Positions 17,462-26,441 of a DNA stretch of 26,441 nucleotides are shown here, piece by piece; position 1 is the first letter of the stretch, and each line of letters starts with the position of its first letter. This DNA is from a bacterium (GTDB lineage Bacteria; Zhuqueibacterota; Zhuqueibacteria; Oceanimicrobiales; Oceanimicrobiaceae). The stretch lies in the NCBI GenBank assembly GCA_046757025.1, contig JBHHXN010000062.1, positions 1 through 26,441 of the forward strand, read 5' to 3'. The position numbers and the translations under genes are program-made. The notes beneath the pieces were generated by a model. That model was not told where the DNA came from. It saw only the letters and a list, made by a program, of their open reading frames with translations, and made no database searches.

Positions 17462-19549
17462 CTATTTTTTGGATTTTGAATACACTTTTTCACGCACCCG
17501 ATTCAGGTAAACCGACACCGAGCCGGTCATGGGATGCAGAAAGGCCAATTTGCCCTGCGAATCGCTATGCACCGTCAACCGTTTCGAACGAGATTTATTG
17601 CCTTCGGTGAATTCTTCGATGTTCAGGTTGTATTTTTTATTCTTCGTCAGATTGGCCAGCACAAACCGGCCTTTTCCAAAGCCTCGGGTTTGAAACGAGA
17701 TTTTTTGACTGCTGGCGCGCCATTTTTTGACACGATGGGAGGCGCGCTCCAGATAGACCACGCGCGGCTTGCGACTGGTCAAAACGATTTTTGCTGATTT
17801 TTGAAGGTTGAGATGGACGTACAAAGAGCCCTGGTAGTGCAGAAATCCCAGCACGCCAGAGGATTTTTTAAAATCCGGATATTTCTGTGTGTTATCAAAA
17901 CGAATGGTGGTACAGGCACCGAAATCTTTCACCTCCCACTGCTCCGGGGCAATTTGCTCGATGCGGGTGGAATAGAATCCTTCCACCACATCGATGTACT
18001 CGCTCACAAACAGCGGGGCTACTTCCTGCGCCATGGTTTTTTCCATCACTTCTTTGAGGGCGTTTAATGATGCCCATTTTTCACCGCTGTAAAAGTGGTA
18101 ATAAACGTTGATGGGTTTGATGCGAATGGGTGATTCGGTGTTTTTAAATGTATCCAGCACCAATTTGAAACCGTAAAACGGCCCCTGCCAGTTGTTGGTG
18201 TAGATGTTTTCGTTGGCGTTGGGCGAGTAGATTTGGCGGCGCTCGCCCACCTGCGCACTCAAAGGCGTGACGTTGGTGTAGGAACGATAGGTGTCGTCAA
18301 ACACCGTGTCGCCGCCGTTGAAATTGCTGACGTTGATGAGATCGCAATATTTAACCGCCTCTGCCGTGGGCTCGCAGTTGCCAGTCCAGAAAAAACTGCG
18401 CACGTTTTTATTCTCCGGCAGCAGATTTTTGTTGATGTAATTGACAGAGCCCACTACCTCGGTTTTGATGTTGAATTGGTATCCTGCCACCGGCAGATGC
18501 CGAGATTCATAATTTTCTGCGTCCTTGTAATCATCCGCCCAGTAGAAAGGATGGGAATAGGAATGGCTGGCAGCTTCTATCCAGGGCAGGCGATAAATAG
18601 CGCGCGCAATTTGTTTGAACTTTGGGGACTTTTCCACCTCTGCCACCACCACGGAAACCGATACCGGCCATGGGTATTTTTGCAAAATTTCATCGCGAAT
18701 AATTTCGCCGCAAACCGTATTGGGCTTAATTTCGGACTGTGAGATCAACGCGTCGCCGTCGATGTGCGAGCACCAGATGCGCTGGCCGTTCAGGGTGGTC
18801 ACATCAGGCCGCGGATAATTCTGAATGCCCAATGCTTCATCAAAAAAACGAAAAGGATCGATGCGCCAGGCTTTTTTGAAGTTCTTTGGGTTTTGGTAAT
18901 ATACGTATGGCGTAGGCGCAAAACCGCCTGCGGGTGTGGTGAGTACGATATCGCTTTCGCTGTCTGCCAGGTCTTTTCTTTTTAGTCTCAGGTACACGCG
19001 GTTGGCGGAATGGGTGGAAACGACCCGCAAGTACGAGCTCATCTCGTAAACGAGTTTGCGTTCAAATTCCATCATTTCCACATCTTCCCACACCAGCTCG
19101 ATCAAGGTGATGTCGTTAGTCCAGTCGCCCAGCACTTTAAATCCCAGGAGCTTGAATAATTTGTCCAGCCTGGCACTGGCGACCGCACTATAATTGGCGG
19201 GCAGCAGGTCGCCAAAGATGAGCAATTTTTTGTCGGCTTCCAGTTGCGCAATCATCCAGCGGATGTAGAAATTGACGTCCCGTGTAAAATTACCATGAAA
19301 CCAGGCGATCACACCAAAATACTTTTGCATGGTGCTCTCGTCTGGCAGCACGTGTTTTATGTCCCAGTAGTCCACTGTTAAGCCCAGATGGTTTAAAATC
19401 ACTTCCGAGTTTTCATGAATCAGATTGGCGGTAGGCGTTTGCCCTTGCTCGCTGTTGTAGAGGGCGAGAACGTGTCTTGAACGCGGCGCGCCATTAACCG
19501 CACCAACCACGAGTATCAAAATGAGTAGGATGAGATTAAAATACTTCAT
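17462..19549 (-). CDS. pelA: PelA-type polysaccharide deacetylase without the hydrolase domain
   Basis: Signal peptide; PRPDVTTLNG.RI..SHIDGD, ASHSYSHPF.W, FWTGNC, NENIYTN.W and KPINVYYHFYS motifs. Confidence 0.88.
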   Translation of the reverse strand: MKYFNLILLILILVVGAVNGAPRSRHVLALYNSEQGQTPTANLIHENSEVILNHLGLTVDYWDIKHVLPDESTMQKYFGVIAWFHGNFTRDVNFYIRWMIAQLEADKKLLIFGDLLPANYSAVASARLDKLFKLLGFKVLGDWTNDITLIELVWEDVEMMEFERKLVYEMSSYLRVVSTHSANRVYLRLKRKDLADSESDIVLTTPAGGFAPTPYVYYQNPKNFKKAWRIDPFRFFDEALGIQNYPRPDVTTLNGQRIWCSHIDGDALISQSEIKPNTVCGEIIRDEILQKYPWPVSVSVVVAEVEKSPKFKQIARAIYRLPWIEAASHSYSHPFYWADDYKDAENYESRHLPVAGYQFNIKTEVVGSVNYINKNLLPENKNVRSFFWTGNCEPTAEAVKYCDLINVSNFNGGDTVFDDTYRSYTNVTPLSAQVGERRQIYSPNANENIYTNNWQGPFYGFKLVLDTFKNTESPIRIKPINVYYHFYSGEKWASLNALKEVMEKTMAQEVAPLFVSEYIDVVEGFYSTRIEQIAPEQWEVKDFGACTTIRFDNTQKYPDFKKSSGVLGFLHYQGSLYVHLNLQKSAKIVLTSRKPRVVYLERASHRVKKWRASSQKISFQTRGFGKGRFVLANLTKNKKYNLNIEEFTEGNKSRSKRLTVHSDSQGKLAFLHPMTGSVSVYLNRVREKVYSKSKK

Positions 19550-19769
19550 GCAAATGTTTGATAAATCTTTTTTTTGTTATAGCTTAGTATCGTCAAAATA
19601 CTAAACTTTTTTACATTTTGTAAGATATTTTAACAAATATTTAAATATGCTGAAAAGCTTTGAAGTGGAAATTTTGAACGGATTATTTGCCGAAATGGAG
19701 TGGAAGGACGATTTGAAAATTCACGCAACAATAAACGTTTTCAATCATCCGTCTACTTCGGCCCGGGCG

Positions 19770-20690
19770 TTACTGGTATTCCCACAATCGTTTCAGTCCT
19801 TCCTGGAAATCCACCTGAGGGGTGACTTTTAGCAGGGTCTTCATTTGGGAATTGTCGGCCAAAGAATGTTGGATGTCGCCCGCCCGCGCCGGTGCAAACT
19901 GCGGGTCTTTGGAAGTATCCGAGATAGATTTTAAGATTTCCACCAACTCTAACAAATTGTGCGACCGGTTGCACGCCACGTTGATGACTGGAACGTGGTC
20001 AAATTGAGTGTTAGCAGCGGCCAGATTCGCCTGCACCACGTCTTCAACGAAAATAAAATCCCGGCTTTGTTTACCGTCGCCGTAAATGGTATAATCTTGG
20101 TTTTTTTGGAATCGATCCATAAAAATGGAAATAACCCCACTATAGGGAGAACTGGGATCTTGCCGCGGGCCAAAGACGTTGAAATAACGCAGCGCCACGC
20201 ACGACAAACCGTAGAGTTGATGAAAAAGCCGGCAATAATATTCGCCGGCTAATTTGTGAAAGGCGTAAGGCGAAAGGGGGGCGGGGGACATGTCTTCGGT
20301 TTTGGGCAGACGCGGATCGTCGCCGTAAATGGCAGCCGAGGAAGCAAAGACCACCTTTTTGACTTTGTTTTCTTTGGCCGCGCTCAATACCGAAACCGTC
20401 CCGCCGATGTTGATGGAATCGGTGGTGACGGGATCTTCTACGGATTTGGTCACCGAAGCCACCGCCGCCTGATGAAACACCACGTCGATGTTTTGGATGA
20501 GGCGTTTCATGAGCTCATGGTCGCGGATATCTCCTTGTACGAATTGAATTTGATCTCGGAAAGGACGGATGTTTTCCAGTTTTCCGCTGGATAAATCATC
20601 TATAATGGTAACCTGATTCCCGGCTCGCACCAAATGTTCTGCAATATGCGAACCGATAAAACCGGCGCCACCGGTGACGAGATAGTTCAT
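19770..20690 (-). CDS. pelX: Extended SDR nucleotide-sugar 4-epimerase (PelX-like)
   Basis: VTGGAGFIGSH, ASSAAIYG, YAFHK (YxxxK) and RYFNVFGPRQDP motifs. Start moved to ATG 20690 (AAAGGAG RBS). The PelX name rests on gene context. Confidence 0.8.
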   Translation of the reverse strand: MNYLVTGGAGFIGSHIAEHLVRAGNQVTIIDDLSSGKLENIRPFRDQIQFVQGDIRDHELMKRLIQNIDVVFHQAAVASVTKSVEDPVTTDSINIGGTVSVLSAAKENKVKKVVFASSAAIYGDDPRLPKTEDMSPAPLSPYAFHKLAGEYYCRLFHQLYGLSCVALRYFNVFGPRQDPSSPYSGVISIFMDRFQKNQDYTIYGDGKQSRDFIFVEDVVQANLAAANTQFDHVPVINVACNRSHNLLELVEILKSISDTSKDPQFAPARAGDIQHSLADNSQMKTLLKVTPQVDFQEGLKRLWEYQ

Positions 20691-20738
20691 GCGGGCTTCT
20701 CCTTTTTTTCTGAATTTTTCGCCAACGTGATTTAGGTA

Positions 20739-20859
20739 GTGATTGACCAAAAACGAGCGTCTTCATGCTGAGCGGAGTCGAAGCATGACGTAAAAACAAC
20801 AGCTTATCACCCTTCGATTTCGCTCAGGGTGAAGAAATATGGACTTTTCGGTCAATCAC
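20739..20859. mobile_element. MITE-like element, family A copy 3 (best preserved)
   Basis: TIR GTGATTGACCAAAAA / TTTTCGGTCAATCAC (14/15). Flanked by TAGGTA (20733-20738, 20860-20865). Internal arms CTGAGCGGAGTCGAAG / CTTCGATTTCGCTCAG. Confidence 0.8.
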
Positions 20860-20891
20860 TAGGTAGTCTTTTTTTGAAAACTCACAATTTT

Positions 20892-20924
20892 TGTCATTCT
20901 GAGGAGCGAAGTGACGAATAATCT
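20892..20924. repeat. REP-like half unit
   Basis: TGTCATTC...GAA.AATCT resembles the left arm at 4383-4420. Confidence 0.4.
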
Positions 20925-21083
20925 ATAACCACTTCCTTTGATTAAATGAAATTGTGCTGGCACGGGATTCATCACTCTCCCCTTTGATGAGAATAGTTCA
21001 TAATAACATTTAGGGTGTTTTCTTTGAGGCACCAAGTGGTCGAGATATTTGAATTTCCTGATTGGCCTACCTGCCAGTGTCCT

Positions 21084-22871
21084 TTATGATTCGACAAGTT
21101 TCTGCAGATCGTGAAGCATTTTTTCGATGACTTTGAACCCACCCTGCCAGAATTCGGCATTCGAAAAATCCATGCCCACCGCTTGGATGAGTTTCTCAGG
21201 CCATTCGGAATCCCCCGCACTCAGCAGATCGCGATAGCGCGGCACAAACGACGTGCCCTCCTGTTCGTAGCGGTTGTACAGTGCCAGCACGAACAGCGCA
21301 CCAAAAGTGTAAGCGTAACAGTAAAAGCGCGTGTGAATAAAATGCGGAATTACCGACCAGTACCACTTTTCTTCTGGTAGAAACTCTATGACATCGCCGT
21401 ACATTTCATCGCGATATTTCAACCAGATTTGGCAGAGGTCGTCGGCGCTCAAACGCCGTTTGGCCCCCTCGAGGTGCGCTGCCAGCTCGAACTTGATGTA
21501 CATGGTTTGGCGGGAGACGGTGCCAAAAAAGTCCTCCAGTTTGGAGGAAAGAATTTCAAGGCGCGTCTGGCGGTCGTTTTCCTCCGCCAGCAGTTTGCGT
21601 GTCAGCAGCATTTCAGCAAACACCGAAGCGGTTTCTGCCAGCACCAGCGGCGGATGGTACGTAAGCAGGCTCTGTTTTTGGCCGGCCAAAACTCCGTGCA
21701 GGGCGTGTCCTAATTCGTGCGCCATGGTGTAAACGCTGTTCAAATTGTCCACGTAGTTCATCAAAACATACGGGTGCAGGCAAGGCGCCACACTCATGCA
21801 AAACGCGCCCCCCCGTTTTCCCGGCCGAATTTCGGCATCTATCCACCGGTCACGAAAAGCTTGCTCGAGAATCCGCCGGAATTCTTCGGAAAACCCTTGA
21901 ACGCTTTCAAGTACGAGACGTTTGCCTTGCTCAAATGGAATCACCCGGTCTGATTTGGAAAGCGGTGCATAGAGATCGCTGCCCAGAAGTTTGGGCACGC
22001 CCAGGAGTTGGGCTTTTAATCGGTAGTACTCCTGTGCCAGCGGGTAATATTCCGTGGTGACCTGAAGCATGGTTTCCACTACTTCAGGTGGAACTTTGTT
22101 GTTCAAATGTGTGGGTTGAATGGGACTGCTGTAACCCCGCATTTCCATTTCGGTGGCCTGATCTTTGATCAAACTGTTAAAAATATTTGTGAAGATCAGG
22201 GCATTTTCACCGTACTTTTCGTCGTGGGCTATTTTGGCTCGCTTCCGAATATCCGCCTCCGGATTGCGCAGCAGTTGCCGGATTTCGCTTTCAGTGAGCG
22301 TTTTGACTTCTCCGTCTATTTCAAACTGCCATTCAAAAGAAGCCGTGAATTCATCGAACAGATTCACAAACGCGGTTTTGCCGCTGAGATTTTTGTTGTT
22401 GATGATCTGCTCTTCGTTTTCTTTGAGCATATAAGGCGTAAACAACCGCAGTGATTCGATGTAATGCCGATAGCGCCCTAATTTTTCTTCTGTAAAAAAA
22501 GAGGTAATTTTAGATTCGCAAATTTTCTGGATTTCGAGTGTGAAAAAGAGAGTCTGGTTGGTGATACGGGTCATGGCATCTTGCACACGCGCGATAAGCG
22601 CTTTGTAACCATCCGAACGGCCGTCGCCGGCAAACAGCAGACTGGCCATGGCGTAGGGTCGGTACATTTGCTCGATGAGTTGTTCGTAGGAATTGAGCGC
22701 CTCCAGCAGGCGTTCCACGGTGCAATCTTCCGCGGCGATTTTACCATAATAGGTGGTTTTGAAATTTCCCGCTGATTTTAACGCGGCTTCGATATCCTGT
22801 TCGATTTGCGGGTCTGTGTCGCTTTTATATAACTCTTGCAGATTCCAGACAACGCCCTTTGCCTTTTCCAT
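21084..22871 (-). CDS. pepF: M3B oligoendopeptidase F
   Basis: WNLQELY, RPGKRGGAFC, HELGH zinc motif, AETASVFAE and PHF...FYCYAY motifs; AGGAG RBS. Confidence 0.93.
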   Translation of the reverse strand: MEKAKGVVWNLQELYKSDTDPQIEQDIEAALKSAGNFKTTYYGKIAAEDCTVERLLEALNSYEQLIEQMYRPYAMASLLFAGDGRSDGYKALIARVQDAMTRITNQTLFFTLEIQKICESKITSFFTEEKLGRYRHYIESLRLFTPYMLKENEEQIINNKNLSGKTAFVNLFDEFTASFEWQFEIDGEVKTLTESEIRQLLRNPEADIRKRAKIAHDEKYGENALIFTNIFNSLIKDQATEMEMRGYSSPIQPTHLNNKVPPEVVETMLQVTTEYYPLAQEYYRLKAQLLGVPKLLGSDLYAPLSKSDRVIPFEQGKRLVLESVQGFSEEFRRILEQAFRDRWIDAEIRPGKRGGAFCMSVAPCLHPYVLMNYVDNLNSVYTMAHELGHALHGVLAGQKQSLLTYHPPLVLAETASVFAEMLLTRKLLAEENDRQTRLEILSSKLEDFFGTVSRQTMYIKFELAAHLEGAKRRLSADDLCQIWLKYRDEMYGDVIEFLPEEKWYWSVIPHFIHTRFYCYAYTFGALFVLALYNRYEQEGTSFVPRYRDLLSAGDSEWPEKLIQAVGMDFSNAEFWQGGFKVIEKMLHDLQKLVES

Positions 22872-22952
22872 TACGACTCCTTGCGTTTCTATTTCAATTA
22901 TTAAAAATCATGAATGCAGTATTTATTTATTTTATTGGTATCTTAGCGATGC

Positions 22953-22981
22953 AAAATAACGAAAAAAAAGGTGAGAATCAA
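22953..22981 (-). promoter_or_regulatory. Putative sigma70 promoter for pepF
   Basis: Minus strand TTGATT-17 nt-TATTTT. Confidence 0.5.
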
Positions 22982-23163
22982 GAACGAACACGGTTTGTTT
23001 AGGTAATGTAAATTTTGACAGAATGGCACCTTTGCTCCTGTCAGCACGGCTCGATGATTTGACTGAATTGTTCCACAGATGCATTTATGTCAAAACAAAA
23101 TTATCTGGGTTGATCATATTTAAAACATTTAAAATAAAAGAATTAAATGAGTGAAAAGTAATT

Positions 23164-23179
23164 TGGCATGTATTTTGAT
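23164..23179 (+). promoter_or_regulatory. Possible sigma54-like promoter for grpE-clpB
   Basis: TGGCAT-N5-TTGAT has correct -24/-12 spacing, but GA replaces the consensus GC at -12. Confidence 0.35.
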
Positions 23180-23229
23180 CGCCGATTACCCGCATTGTCA
23201 ACTTTAATTGAATAAAAAGGAAAGATTTT

Positions 23230-23796
23230 GTGGCAGATATAATTAAAAATAACGAAGCCGCTAACAAGCAGCATGAGACGGATGTGAATTCAGAGGATGC
23301 GACGGCTTCCACTTTGAAATTGGATAAAGCCTCTAGGGAGTCCCAGAACGAGTGGGCGGTCAAATATCAGCGTTTGGCAGCGGATTTTGCCAATTACAAA
23401 AAGCGCGTTGAATCCGAGTGGACGCATTTGGAAAATAAAATACGGCAAAAAATATTGAAGGATCTGCTGGTAATTTACGATGATTTTGCCCGGTTGAACC
23501 AGCACCGTGAGCAAACCAACGATCTTAAACAAGGCATCTCAGCCGTTAACCAACGCTGGCTGAACTGGATACGCGATCAGGATATCGAAATTTTGCATCC
23601 CTTGCACAAAGAATTCGATTACGAACTGCATGACGCCGTTCTGTTTCAACCGGTGACGGATCCGGATCTGGATGGCAAGGTGGTAAAAGTGATCGAAAAC
23701 GGATACAAGCAACGCGGGCAAATTCTCAAACACGCGAAAGTGGCCATCGGCCGATATTCCGGTGCAGCAAAAAACATCGTGAAAGGAGTGGATTAA
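23230..23796 (+). CDS. grpE: Nucleotide exchange factor GrpE
   Basis: [21 protein letters not shown] and [14 protein letters not shown] motifs; GTG start with AAGGA RBS. Confidence 0.9.
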   Translation: MADIIKNNEAANKQHETDVNSEDATASTLKLDKASRESQNEWAVKYQRLAADFANYKKRVESEWTHLENKIRQKILKDLLVIYDDFARLNQHREQTNDLKQGISAVNQRWLNWIRDQDIEILHPLHKEFDYELHDAVLFQPVTDPDLDGKVVKVIENGYKQRGQILKHAKVAIGRYSGAAKNIVKGVD

Positions 23797-23798
23797 AC

Positions 23799-26426
23799 AT
23801 GACTTTTGATAAATTAACCCTGAAAGCACAGGAAGCCCTCAGCCGAGCGCAGCAGGTTGCTTCGGACCGAGGGCAGCAACAGATCGAAGTAGAGCATTTA
23901 ATGAAAGCGCTGTTGGAGGAGTCGGACGGCATTCCCATTTCAATTTTAAAGAAGTGCGGGGCGAATCCTGGTCAGGTACTCAGCGATCTGGAGGACGCGC
24001 TGGCAAAAATACCGCGAGTCTCCGGAGCCGGGGCGCTGGGAAATATCTATGTGTCAAACCGAGTAAACAAGGTACTCAACGAGGCGCTGAAAATCATGCG
24101 CCAGCTCAAAGACGAATACATCAGCACCGAGCATCTTCTGATCGCCATTGCAGAAGAAAAGGGCGGCGTCTCCGCTGAAATATTGAAACGCCAGGGCGTC
24201 ACCAAAGACAACATTTTTAAGGTGTTGAAGGACATTCGCGGCAGTCAGCGCGTGGTGGACCAAAATCCGGAGGAAAAATATCAGGCTTTGCAGCGCTACG
24301 GACAGGATTTGACCGATCTCGCCAAGCGCGGCAAACTGGACCCGGTGATCGGCCGGGATGAAGAAATCCGCCGGGCAGTGCAAGTGCTATCACGCCGAAC
24401 CAAAAACAATCCTGTGCTGGTGGGAGAGCCCGGCGTGGGCAAAACCGCCATCGTGGAAGGTATCGCGCAGCGTGTCGCTCACGGCGATGTGCCGGAATCG
24501 CTGAAAAATAAACGGGTCGTTCAGTTGGAAATGGCCACGCTCATCGCCGGCGCCAAATTTCGCGGTGAATTCGAAGAACGGTTGAAGGCGGTGCTTAAAG
24601 AAATCCAGCAGGCAGAAGGGCAGGTTATTCTGTTCATCGACGAGCTGCACACCATGGTGGGCGCCGGCGCCGCCGAAGGCGCGGTGGACGCCGCCAATAT
24701 GCTCAAACCCATGCTGGCCCGGGGCGAGCTGCGCATGATCGGCGCCACCACGCTGGACGAATATCGAAAATACATTGAAAAAGACAAAGCGCTGGAGCGG
24801 CGATTTCAGCCGGTACAGGTGGGCGAACCCACAGTGGAGGACACCATCTCGATTCTGCGCGGACTAAAGGAGCGCTACGAAGTACACCACGGTGTGCGCA
24901 TTGCCGATTCCGCCATCGTCTCCGCGGCCACGCTTTCCCATCGCTACATTTCGGAGCGGTTTCTGCCGGACAAAGCCATCGACCTGATCGACGAAGCCGC
25001 CGCCCGCTTGCGCACAGAAATCGACTCCATGCCGGCAGAAATCGATGAAATGGAACGCCGCATCAAACAGCTTGAAATCGAGCAGATGGCGCTAAAAAAG
25101 GAAAAGGATTCGGCTTCCAAAGCGCGTCTGGAAAAACTCAAAAAAGAGCTAAGCGATTTGAAAGAAGTCAGCGCTCAAATGAAAGCGCGCTGGCAAATCG
25201 AAAAAGAAACCATCAAACAAATCCGTCTGGTAAAAGAGCAGATTGAGGAGGCCAGGAAAAACGCGGACAAAGCCGAGCGCGAAGGCGAGCTCAACAAAGT
25301 AGCCGAGCTGCGCTACGGCACCCTGGTGGAGCTGGATAAACAGCTTAAAAGCCTGAATGACCAGCTCTCCGAAATTCACAAAACCGGTTCCATGCTCAAA
25401 GAAGAAGTGATCGAAGAGGATATTGCGGACATCGTTTCGCGCTGGACCGGGATTCCGGTTGCGCGTATGCTGGAAAGTGAGCGCGAAAAAATCCTGAAAA
25501 TGGCGGATAGATTGCGAGAGCGTGTAGTGGGTCAGGACGAGGCCATCGAAGCTGTGTCGTTCGCAGTGCAGCGGGCACGTTCGGGGCTTAGCGAGGAAAA
25601 CCGTCCCATCGGCTCGTTCATTTTTCTGGGGCCGACCGGCGTGGGTAAAACCGAGCTGGCGCGCGCCCTGGCCGAATTTATGTTTGACGATGAAAACGCC
25701 ATGGTGCGCATCGATATGTCTGAATATACCGAGCAGTTTAACGTCTCCCGACTCATCGGAGCGCCTCCCGGCTATGTCGGCTATGAAGAAGGCGGCCAAC
25801 TCACCGAGGCCATTCGCCGCAGACCGTACACTGTCGTCTTGCTGGACGAAATCGAAAAAGCGCATTCGGAAGTCTTCAACATTCTGCTGCAGGTTTTGGA
25901 CGAGGGACGATTAACCGACAGTCAGGGGCATCAGGTCAATTTTACCAACACCATCATCATCATGACTTCCAATCTGGGAGCAGAGCTGATCATGGAGCGC
26001 TTTCGAAATCTCAACGAGAGTAATGCCGAGCAAGTTTACGATGAAACGAGAGAACAGGTGCTCAAGATCATGCAGAAGCAGATGCGGCCGGAGTTTCTCA
26101 ACCGCATCGATGAAATCATCGTATTTCATCCTTTAACCCGCGAGCATATTCATGAAATCGTGGATATTCAGTTCCAGCGTATGGTGCAATCCGCCCTGGA
26201 GAAACAGGGTCTGCGCGCAGATCTCACGGAAAACGCACGCAATTATCTTTCAGCACAAGGTTACGATCCGGTGTTTGGTGCGCGCCCGCTGAAACGAATC
26301 ATGCAGCGCCAGATCATCAACGAGTTCGCCACGAAAATTTTAGCCGGCGAGATCGCAAAAGGGGATTTCATTCGCATAGATGCAGAGAATGAGCAATTGC
26401 GATTTGAAAAAATCGACCACAGTTAG
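23799..26426 (+). CDS. clpB: ATP-dependent disaggregase ClpB
   Basis: Clp N-domain, two Walker A motifs ([16 protein letters not shown]), long coiled-coil M domain, [20 protein letters not shown]. Confidence 0.97.
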   Translation: MTFDKLTLKAQEALSRAQQVASDRGQQQIEVEHLMKALLEESDGIPISILKKCGANPGQVLSDLEDALAKIPRVSGAGALGNIYVSNRVNKVLNEALKIMRQLKDEYISTEHLLIAIAEEKGGVSAEILKRQGVTKDNIFKVLKDIRGSQRVVDQNPEEKYQALQRYGQDLTDLAKRGKLDPVIGRDEEIRRAVQVLSRRTKNNPVLVGEPGVGKTAIVEGIAQRVAHGDVPESLKNKRVVQLEMATLIAGAKFRGEFEERLKAVLKEIQQAEGQVILFIDELHTMVGAGAAEGAVDAANMLKPMLARGELRMIGATTLDEYRKYIEKDKALERRFQPVQVGEPTVEDTISILRGLKERYEVHHGVRIADSAIVSAATLSHRYISERFLPDKAIDLIDEAAARLRTEIDSMPAEIDEMERRIKQLEIEQMALKKEKDSASKARLEKLKKELSDLKEVSAQMKARWQIEKETIKQIRLVKEQIEEARKNADKAEREGELNKVAELRYGTLVELDKQLKSLNDQLSEIHKTGSMLKEEVIEEDIADIVSRWTGIPVARMLESEREKILKMADRLRERVVGQDEAIEAVSFAVQRARSGLSEENRPIGSFIFLGPTGVGKTELARALAEFMFDDENAMVRIDMSEYTEQFNVSRLIGAPPGYVGYEEGGQLTEAIRRRPYTVVLLDEIEKAHSEVFNILLQVLDEGRLTDSQGHQVNFTNTIIIMTSNLGAELIMERFRNLNESNAEQVYDETREQVLKIMQKQMRPEFLNRIDEIIVFHPLTREHIHEIVDIQFQRMVQSALEKQGLRADLTENARNYLSAQGYDPVFGARPLKRIMQRQIINEFATKILAGEIAKGDFIRIDAENEQLRFEKIDHS

Positions 26427-26441
26427 TAACTAAATAGTGTC

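Noticed and set aside
17440..17493. Longer start for the hydrolase given in the ORF track
   Set aside because: It overlaps pelA and buries the signal peptide; ATG 17439 has an RBS.
19647..19832. 61-aa plus-strand ORF as a pelC substitute
   Set aside because: Wrong strand, overlaps pelX, and has no lipoprotein signal.
20691..20750. N-terminal extension of the epimerase
   Set aside because: It begins inside the MITE end; the Rossmann motif and RBS point to ATG 20690.
25149..25865. 238-aa antisense ORF and the other short overlapping ORFs in the track
   Set aside because: They are shadow frames of well-supported genes with no recognisable motifs.

Overview
Bacterial chromosomal window from a diderm organism. 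The gene content (Omp85 barrel, outer-membrane PelB-like protein, bacilliredoxin) suggests the FCB/KSB1/Calditrichota neighbourhood, but that is inference only. From left to right: (1) a minus-strand pair of a POTRA-less Omp85 barrel and a secreted atypical kinase-fold protein; (2) a BrxA/B bacilliredoxin; (3) an AT-rich mosaic holding MITE/REP-like elements and a small DUF6516 (TumE-like) toxin-antitoxin pair bracketed by a 96-bp duplication of the 3' end of an OPT transporter gene; (4) a Pel-like exopolysaccharide cluster (pelX, pelA split into deacetylase and hydrolase genes, pelB, pelD, pelE, pelF, pelG, no pelC); (5) oligoendopeptidase F; (6) a divergent grpE-clpB pair. The most notable items are the Omp85 + secreted kinase pair, the non-canonical pel cluster, the 953-bp integrase-less TA cassette, and a three-copy MITE family with TANNTA target duplications.
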